Shown one piece after another: positions 58,094-64,000 of a stretch of 64,000 nt of DNA (the first letter of the stretch is position 1; each line of letters begins with the position of its first letter). The translations under genes were made by a program, and so were the position numbers. This DNA is from Gemmatimonadota bacterium (GTDB taxonomy: Bacteria; Gemmatimonadota; Gemmatimonadetes; Palauibacterales; Palauibacteraceae), in contig OY762926.1 in NCBI GenBank assembly GCA_963666735.1, forward strand, positions 2,304,001-2,368,000, given 5' to 3'. The notes under the pieces are model-generated. The model did not search any database, was not told the origin of the DNA, and saw only the letters and a list, made by a program, of their open reading frames with translations.

Positions 58094-59467
58094 GTGGCCA
58101 GCTTGCTGGAAGTTGTGTTAGGCCTCGCGAGGCGGATTCTCAACATGAGGCGGGGCGAGTTCAGGCTCGCGGTATTGTCCGCGCTCTTCTTCTTCCTCGT
58201 CCTCTGCGGCTACTTCTTCCTCCGCCCGGTGCGGGAGGCGATGGGGGTCGCCCGCGGGATGGGCGACCTGCGCTGGCTCTTCGCCGTCACATCGGTGGCG
58301 TCGCTCGGCGCCGTCCTCATCTTCGGGGGCGTCGTTGCGCGCACGAACCGACGGCGCTTCATCCCGGTGGCCTATCTCTTCGTCATTGCCTGCCTGATCG
58401 GTTTCGCGACGCTCCTCATCCTGGACGCGCGCGCGGGCGGCGGCCTCATCGGCACCGACGCGGAGACCGGCCTCTCGCGCGGCATCGGGTACACGTTCTA
58501 CGTGTGGCTGAGCGTCATCAACCTCTTCTCAACGAGCGTGTTCTGGGCCTTCATGGTCGACGTGTTCGACGTCGATCAGGGGAAGCGGATGTTCCCCTTC
58601 ATCGGGATCGGGGGCACGCTCGGGGCGCTGGCCGGGGGTGGGGGCGCAAGCCTGATCAGCGGCCTCACCGACAGCCCCTACCTGCCCGCGGGCCTCATGC
58701 TCACCGGGGCCGGCTGCTTCGGGCTCGCGATCGCCGTCATGCTGATCCTCGACGGCACGGCGGGCCGCTCGGAGCTGTCCCGGCTCGAGACGGCGGCTGC
58801 AGCGGGAGCCGAAAGCGGCGGCGGGAGCGCACCCGGCGCCAGGATCGGTGGCGCATTCTGGGACGGCGCGCGGGCCGTGGCCACATCGCCCTACCTGCTC
58901 GGCGTCGGCCTATGGGTCGTGTTCATGGCCGTGTCGAACACGCTGATCTACTTCACGCAGGCCAATGTGATCCTCGAGGCGACGGACACGTTCAGCCAGC
59001 GGGTGGGAAGCTTCGCCAACTTCGACTTCCTGGCGCAGGCCGCCACCCTGTTCACGCAGGTCTTCGTCACGACGCACGTGATCCGGAAGCTCGGCGTCGG
59101 GTGGACGCTCGCCATCCTGCCGGTCGTGACGGTGCTCGGGTTCGTCGTGCTCGCCGTGTGGCCGGTCTACGGCGTGATGATGATCTTCCAGGCCGTCCAC
59201 CGGGCGACGCGGTACGCGATTTCGCGGCCCTCGCGTGAAACGCTGTTCTCGGTCGTGCCGCCCGCCGAAAAGTACAAGGGGAAGCCGATCGTCGATGTCT
59301 TCCTGTACCGGGGCGGTGACCTCGCCGGCGCCGGAATCGACAGCATGTTCGCGCTGCTCGGCCTGACGCTGGCCTGGGTGGCGATGTCCACGGCGCCGCT
59401 GGCCGGGATGTGGATTGTACTCTCCGTCGCGCTCGGACGGGCCCAGGCGCGGCGCGTGGATTCCTGA
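58094..59467 (+). CDS. Second TLC/NTT-like MFS transporter (divergent paralogue)
   Basis: YFFLRPVRE, NLFSTSVFWAFM, RETLFS..KYKGKPIVDVFLYRGGD; start 58094 or 58145. Confidence 0.85.
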   Translation: MASLLEVVLGLARRILNMRRGEFRLAVLSALFFFLVLCGYFFLRPVREAMGVARGMGDLRWLFAVTSVASLGAVLIFGGVVARTNRRRFIPVAYLFVIACLIGFATLLILDARAGGGLIGTDAETGLSRGIGYTFYVWLSVINLFSTSVFWAFMVDVFDVDQGKRMFPFIGIGGTLGALAGGGGASLISGLTDSPYLPAGLMLTGAGCFGLAIAVMLILDGTAGRSELSRLETAAAAGAESGGGSAPGARIGGAFWDGARAVATSPYLLGVGLWVVFMAVSNTLIYFTQANVILEATDTFSQRVGSFANFDFLAQAATLFTQVFVTTHVIRKLGVGWTLAILPVVTVLGFVVLAVWPVYGVMMIFQAVHRATRYAISRPSRETLFSVVPPAEKYKGKPIVDVFLYRGGDLAGAGIDSMFALLGLTLAWVAMSTAPLAGMWIVLSVALGRAQARRVDS

Positions 59468-59484
59468 GCCGCCCGGCGGTGCCG

Positions 59485-60309
59485 ATGCTGCCCGACGATC
59501 TCTTCGGGCCCGGGTCTCCGCTGCGGGTCATCGGCCACCGGGGGGCCGCGGCGTTCGCGCCCGAGAACACGCTCCCTTCCTTCGAGCACGCGGTGCGCGT
59601 GGGGGCCGACGCGGTGGAACTGGACCTGCACCGGAGCGCCGATGGCCACCTCATGGTCATCCACGACCCCGGCCTCGCCCGCACCACCGACGGGACGGGG
59701 CGGGTGGAGGAGATGACGCTGGACGAACTGCGCCCCTTCGACGCCGGCTACCACTTCACGACCGATAACGGGAAGACCTTCCCGTTCCGGGGAAAGCGTG
59801 TCGGCATCCCCACCCTCGAGGAGGTGCTCGAGGCGCTGGGGGATCTCCCGGTGGTGGCGGAGATCAAGTCGGCCGCCGCGGGGCACGAACTGGGGGCATG
59901 GCTGCAGAGGAGCCGGAACCGCGGAGGTCGGGGGCGGATCCTGGTGGGCGGCTTCGAGCGCAAAGAGGTCGAGCCCGCGAGCCGGCACGCCCGCTGGCGC
60001 TGCGCCTACCAGGACGAACTCCGCACCTACGTCGTCCTCGGCAAGTTCGGCCTTGGAGGCCGGGTCGCGCCGGCCGGCTGCGATGCCGCCATGCTGCCCG
60101 AACGGCAGGGCACGCTGCGCATCGTCACACCGCGGTTCGTGCGGCGCGCCCACGCCGACGGCATGGGCGTCTTCGTGTGGACCGTAAACCACCCGGACGA
60201 TATGCGGCGCCTCCTCGACTGGGGCGTCGACGGGCTCGTGAGCGACGCCCCCGGACGAGCCCGCCGGATCCTGGACGAGCGGGAAGTGGGGAGCGATGCC
60301 GCAGCCTGA
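59485..60309 (+). CDS. Glycerophosphodiester phosphodiesterase
   Basis: GHRG..PENT, ELD, IHD, EIK, VWTVN, GVDGLVSD. Confidence 0.92.
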   Translation: MLPDDLFGPGSPLRVIGHRGAAAFAPENTLPSFEHAVRVGADAVELDLHRSADGHLMVIHDPGLARTTDGTGRVEEMTLDELRPFDAGYHFTTDNGKTFPFRGKRVGIPTLEEVLEALGDLPVVAEIKSAAAGHELGAWLQRSRNRGGRGRILVGGFERKEVEPASRHARWRCAYQDELRTYVVLGKFGLGGRVAPAGCDAAMLPERQGTLRIVTPRFVRRAHADGMGVFVWTVNHPDDMRRLLDWGVDGLVSDAPGRARRILDEREVGSDAAA

Positions 60310-61516
60310 AACTCGGCCGCGCACGATCCTCCACGTCGACATGGACGCGTTCTATGCCGCCGTCGAGATGCGCGAGGATCCCTCGCTGCGCGGGAAGCCT
60401 GTCATCATCGGATCCGCTCCGCACAAGGGCCGGGGCCGGGGCGTCGTCTCGACCGCGAACTACGAGGCCCGGCGCTACGGCATCCACTCCGCGATGCCGA
60501 TCTCGCAGGCGTGGCGCCGCTGTCCCGAGGGCACCTACGTGCGCCCGCGGATCGGCTTTTATGCGGAGATCTCCGAGCGAATCTTCGACATCTTCCGCTC
60601 GTTCACCGACCAGGTGGAGACGCTCTCGCTGGACGAAGCCTTCCTCGACGTGACGGCGAGCCGGCGGCTGTTCGGCGCCGGGCCCGAGATCGCTGCGCGG
60701 ATCCGGCAGCGGATCGCCGAAGAGGAGCGGCTCACGGCATCGGTCGGCGTCGCTTCCAACAAGTACGTGGCGAAGGTGGCGAGCGACCTGAAGAAGCCGG
60801 ACGCGCTCGTCGTGGCGCCGCCGGGGACCGAACGCGAGTTCCTGGCGCCCCTCTCGGTAGCGCGACTCTGGGGCGCGGGGCCGAAGGTGCAGGCCCGCCT
60901 GGCCCAACTCGGCCTGAAGACGATCGGGGATCTGGCGCGCAACAAGCCCGAGTTCCTCGAGGCGTCCCTGGGCCGGAAGTTGGGGCGATGGCTGCACGAA
61001 CTCGCGAACGGGGTCGACGTACGGCGGGTCGACCCGCGCCCGGGGCGAAAGTCACTCGGCAAGGAGGTCACGTTTCCGAGCGACGTGGAGGATCGCGCAC
61101 GCGTGGAGCGGACCCTGCTCGCCCTCTGCGAAGGGATCGCGCGGTCGCTCCGAAAGAAGGGGATCGCGGGGCGCACGGTGCAGTTGAAGTTGCGCTGGGA
61201 CGGTTTCGAGACGCACACGCGCCAGCGCACGCTCGAACGGCCGGCGGACATGACGGAAGCGATCTGGCCCGTCGCCCGGGAGCTGTTCCGGGAGGCGGAC
61301 GATCCCCGCCGGCTCGTGCGGCTCATCGGCGTCAGCCTCTCGGGCTTCGATCATCCTGAGGGCGAGCAGTTGAGACTGCTCGACGACGATGACCCGGCCT
61401 CCGGCGACGCGGTCCACCGGGAGCTGGCGAAGACGATGGACACGGTAGCGGACCGGTTCGGCCGGGACGCTCTGAAACGGGCCGCCCTTCTCGATTCCAA
61501 CGTGCGAGGCACATAG
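60296..61516 (+). CDS. dinB: DNA polymerase IV
   Basis: HVDMDAFYAAVE, ANYEARRYGIHSAMP, SLDEAFLD, AKVASDLKKPD. Confidence 0.96.
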   Translation: MPQPETRPRTILHVDMDAFYAAVEMREDPSLRGKPVIIGSAPHKGRGRGVVSTANYEARRYGIHSAMPISQAWRRCPEGTYVRPRIGFYAEISERIFDIFRSFTDQVETLSLDEAFLDVTASRRLFGAGPEIAARIRQRIAEEERLTASVGVASNKYVAKVASDLKKPDALVVAPPGTEREFLAPLSVARLWGAGPKVQARLAQLGLKTIGDLARNKPEFLEASLGRKLGRWLHELANGVDVRRVDPRPGRKSLGKEVTFPSDVEDRARVERTLLALCEGIARSLRKKGIAGRTVQLKLRWDGFETHTRQRTLERPADMTEAIWPVARELFREADDPRRLVRLIGVSLSGFDHPEGEQLRLLDDDDPASGDAVHRELAKTMDTVADRFGRDALKRAALLDSNVRGT

Positions 61517-61524
61517 CGAGGCAC

Positions 61525-62022
61525 ATGACCATGCAGGTATTCCCGATTCCGCCCGCCTCCGGGCGCGGCATCCTCTGGTTCTTCGTCATCATGATGGTGG
61601 TCCTCGGCGCCGTGACGCTGATGATGGGTTGGGCCGCCTGGTCCACCCGCAACAGCCGCGCCGAGGTCTCCCCCGCAGGGCTGAAGCTCGTGGGAGACCT
61701 CTGGGGCCGGACGATCCCCCTCGACCGTCTCGAACTCGACGAGTCGCGCGTGGTCGATCTCCGCGGCGAACCCGATCTCGTCCCGCGCCGTCGCACGATG
61801 GGAACGGCGCTCGGCGGTTACTCCGCCGGATGGTTCCGGCTGCGAAGCGGGGAAAAGGCCCTCCTGTACCTCACGGACCGGCGGCGGGTGGTGTACATTC
61901 CCACGCTCGACGGATACTCGCTCCTCCTGAGCCAGGGTGAACCCCGCCGCTTCCTGGACGCCCTGCACGACGCGACGGGGGGCACGGCCGGAAACGCCGA
62001 CGAAGCCACCGAAGGAGAGTGA
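61525..62022 (+). CDS. Membrane protein with bacterial PH-like domain
   Basis: One TM helix then RRTMGT..GYSAGWFRL..KALLY. Confidence 0.7.
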   Translation: MTMQVFPIPPASGRGILWFFVIMMVVLGAVTLMMGWAAWSTRNSRAEVSPAGLKLVGDLWGRTIPLDRLELDESRVVDLRGEPDLVPRRRTMGTALGGYSAGWFRLRSGEKALLYLTDRRRVVYIPTLDGYSLLLSQGEPRRFLDALHDATGGTAGNADEATEGE

Positions 62023-62028
62023 CCGCGG

Positions 62029-62616
62029 ATGCTCCCGACACGCGCTGAGGCGCTCGCGATCGTCCACGAATACACCGAGAGTCCCGGCCTCCGGCGCCAC
62101 ATGCTGGCGGTGGAGGCCGGCATGCGGGCCTACGCGAGAAAATACGGCGCCGACGAAGACCGTTGGGGCGTGGCGGGGCTGCTCCACGACTTCGACTACG
62201 AGCGCTGGCCCAACCGCGACCGCGCGCCCGACTCGGAACATCCCTCCACCGGGGTCGCCATCCTGCGCGAGAAGGGCGTGGACGAGGACATCCTCGAGAC
62301 CATCATGGCCCACGCCGACTACACGGACGTGGAGGCGACGACGCTTATGTCGAAGACACTCCGGGCCGTGGACGAACTCACCGGTTTCATCACGGCCTGC
62401 GCCCTCGTGCGGCCGACGCGCCTCGCCGGCATGAAGACGAGGTCGGTGAGAAAGAAGATGAAGGACAAGGCCTTCGCCGCCGCCGTGAGCCGCGAGGAAA
62501 TGCTGGAGAACTGCGCCGAACTCGGTGAGGACATGGGCGAGCACATCGCCTTCGTGATCGCCGCGATGCAGGTTGCTGCGGAAGACCTCGGCCTGAATGG
62601 CCCCGCCCCCGGCTGA
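62029..62616 (+). CDS. HD-domain (HDIG) phosphohydrolase
   Basis: RHMLAVE, GLLHDFDYE, DELTGFITACALVRP, KKMKDKAFAA. Confidence 0.88.
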   Translation: MLPTRAEALAIVHEYTESPGLRRHMLAVEAGMRAYARKYGADEDRWGVAGLLHDFDYERWPNRDRAPDSEHPSTGVAILREKGVDEDILETIMAHADYTDVEATTLMSKTLRAVDELTGFITACALVRPTRLAGMKTRSVRKKMKDKAFAAAVSREEMLENCAELGEDMGEHIAFVIAAMQVAAEDLGLNGPAPG

Positions 62617-62657
62617 ACCGCCGTGCGGACCGGCCCCCGATTCGGAGGTGACCGAGC

Positions 62658-62777
62658 ATGACCACGACGACCGTAATCATGATCATCGTCATCCTCGGAT
62701 TCGTCTGGGGAGGGCTCGCCATCCTCGCGTCGGCCGCCTGGCGCAAGGAAGGCGCCAAGCGAGGCGGAGAGGGCTGA
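62658..62777 (+). CDS. 39-aa single-TM protein, MetS-like NSS transporter small subunit (absent from the ORF track)
   Basis: GGAGG RBS; MTTTTVIMIIVILGFVWGGLAILASAAWRKEGAKRGGEG with WGG..RKE pattern. Confidence 0.7.
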   Translation: MTTTTVIMIIVILGFVWGGLAILASAAWRKEGAKRGGEG

Positions 62778-62786
62778 CCGCCCGTA

Positions 62787-63629
62787 ATGCCCGTGATGCC
62801 CGGAATGCCCGTCACGACGGACAGGAAGCAGAAGCGTCGTGGGGGAGGGACCCTCCTGGTGACGCTGGCTGCGCTGGCGGTCGGATCGTGCTTCCTTCCC
62901 CGTCCGATGCGCCCGCCCGAAGACCCGCCGGCGGCTGTACCGGATTCGGTCGCCCGCGATTCGGCGGCCGCGGAGGCCGCGCGCCGGGATTCGATCGCGA
63001 GGGCGCAACGAGCCGTGGCCGCGGCCGCCCGGCAGGATTCGATCGCGAGGGCAGAACGCGAGGCCGCCCGGCAGGATTCGATCGCGAGGGCACAGCGAGA
63101 GGCCGCCCGCCGGGACTCCATCCTCGAGGCCGAGCGGGCCGCGGCCGCCCGCCGGGACTCCATCCTCGAGGCCGAGCGGGCCGCCGCGCGCCGAGATTCG
63201 CTGGAGGCCGCGCGACGCGACTCGCTGATCGCCGCCGCCCGCCGCGACTCGCTGGCCAGCATCGAGACGGCCCGGGCCGCGGTCGAAGCGGAGTTGGCGG
63301 AACTCCGCGAATCGGGTCCCGTCTACGTCGCCCACGACGAAGCGCCCCGCCTCGTGTGGGACACCGATGCCGAGGCCGCGCTGGCGACGACCCTGCTTCC
63401 GGTCATCCGCGCCAGGGGACTCGACGCGGACATCGCGGCCTCCATCTGGCTCCTCGTGCGGATCGACGGAAGGGTCGAGGCAACCGCGATCCAGGTCTCG
63501 TCCGGCGACCAGGCCTTCGACGCGGCGGCCGTGCGGGCGGCCCGCGGAATGCTCTTTGCTCCCGCCCTCCGTGGCGGCCGCGTGGCGCCCGTATGGGTTC
63601 TGCGCGAAATCTCGCTTCTCATGCGGTAA
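62787..63629 (+). CDS. Lipoprotein with helical RRDS repeats and a TonB C-terminal-like domain
   Basis: Lipobox VGSC; about 9 DS-containing repeats; DGRV..SSGDQAFDAAAVRAA..FAPALRGG..VWV. Confidence 0.75.
   Translation: MPVMPGMPVTTDRKQKRRGGGTLLVTLAALAVGSCFLPRPMRPPEDPPAAVPDSVARDSAAAEAARRDSIARAQRAVAAAARQDSIARAEREAARQDSIARAQREAARRDSILEAERAAAARRDSILEAERAAARRDSLEAARRDSLIAAARRDSLASIETARAAVEAELAELRESGPVYVAHDEAPRLVWDTDAEAALATTLLPVIRARGLDADIAASIWLLVRIDGRVEATAIQVSSGDQAFDAAAVRAARGMLFAPALRGGRVAPVWVLREISLLMR
62950..63262 (+). repeat. In-frame degenerate repeat array, mostly 33-42-bp units (R[RQ]DS[IL])
   Basis: Near-identical DNA copies, e.g. GCCGCCCGGCAGGATTCGATCGCGAGGGCA x2 and GCCGCCCGCCGGGACTCCATCCTCGAGGCCGAGCGGGCCGC x2. 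Confidence 0.85.
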
Positions 63630-63696
63630 CCGCGGCCTTCTTCGCCCACCTTGGGGGGCTGCGATCCGCCGTCCGACCGAATAGCTTGCGCGCCCG

Positions 63697-64000
63697 ATGC
63701 CACGCCGCGACGACATCTCTTCGATCCTTCTCATAGGCTCCGGCCCGATCGTGATCGGCCAGGCCTGCGAGTTCGACTACTCCGGGACGCAAGCCTGCCG
63801 GGCGCTCCGCGAGGAGGGATATCGAGTCATCCTCGTGAACTCGAATCCCGCCACGATCATGACGGACCCGGACATCGCCGACGCGACCTACATCGAGCCG
63901 CTGACGGCCGACTGGGTCGAGCGGGTGATCGAAGTCGAGAAGCCCGACGCGCTCATCCCGACGATGGGCGGCCAGACGGCGCTCAACGTCGCGCTCGAAC
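63697..64000 (+). CDS. carB: Carbamoyl-phosphate synthase large subunit (5' part)
   Basis: [59 protein letters not shown]. Confidence 0.97.
   Translation, partial: MPRRDDISSILLIGSGPIVIGQACEFDYSGTQACRALREEGYRVILVNSNPATIMTDPDIADATYIEPLTADWVERVIEVEKPDALIPTMGGQTALNVALE

Overview
High-GC bacterial chromosomal window. The gene mix (many secreted peptidases and amidohydrolases, LVIVD and 6-bladed beta-propeller proteins, alpha2-type GlyRS, Tat-exported sugar enzymes) resembles Gemmatimonadota, possibly a sponge-associated lineage; this is inference only. Contents: a metal-homeostasis block (two multicopper oxidases, a ZIP permease, CusCBA-type RND efflux, a collapsed P1B-ATPase remnant, a 26-bp DtxR/MntR-like operator); housekeeping genes (queG, nth, glyQS, ferritin, dinB, start of carB); peptide and glycoside catabolism genes; three toxin-antitoxin loci; and one complete IS1202-family element with a 17-bp target duplication. 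Most notable observations: (1) a PfkB kinase fused to a queuosine-salvage (DUF2419/QNG1)-like domain carrying an EndoIII-type 4-Cys motif; (2) a peroxiredoxin-like lipoprotein split by an in-frame UGA in a UxxC motif with a SECIS-like hairpin, i.e. a probable selenoprotein; (3) several 'telescoped' pseudogenes that keep both ends but have lost their middles, some at apparent microhomologies. No rRNA, tRNA or CRISPR array was recognised. All family calls come from motif recognition by eye, not database searches.
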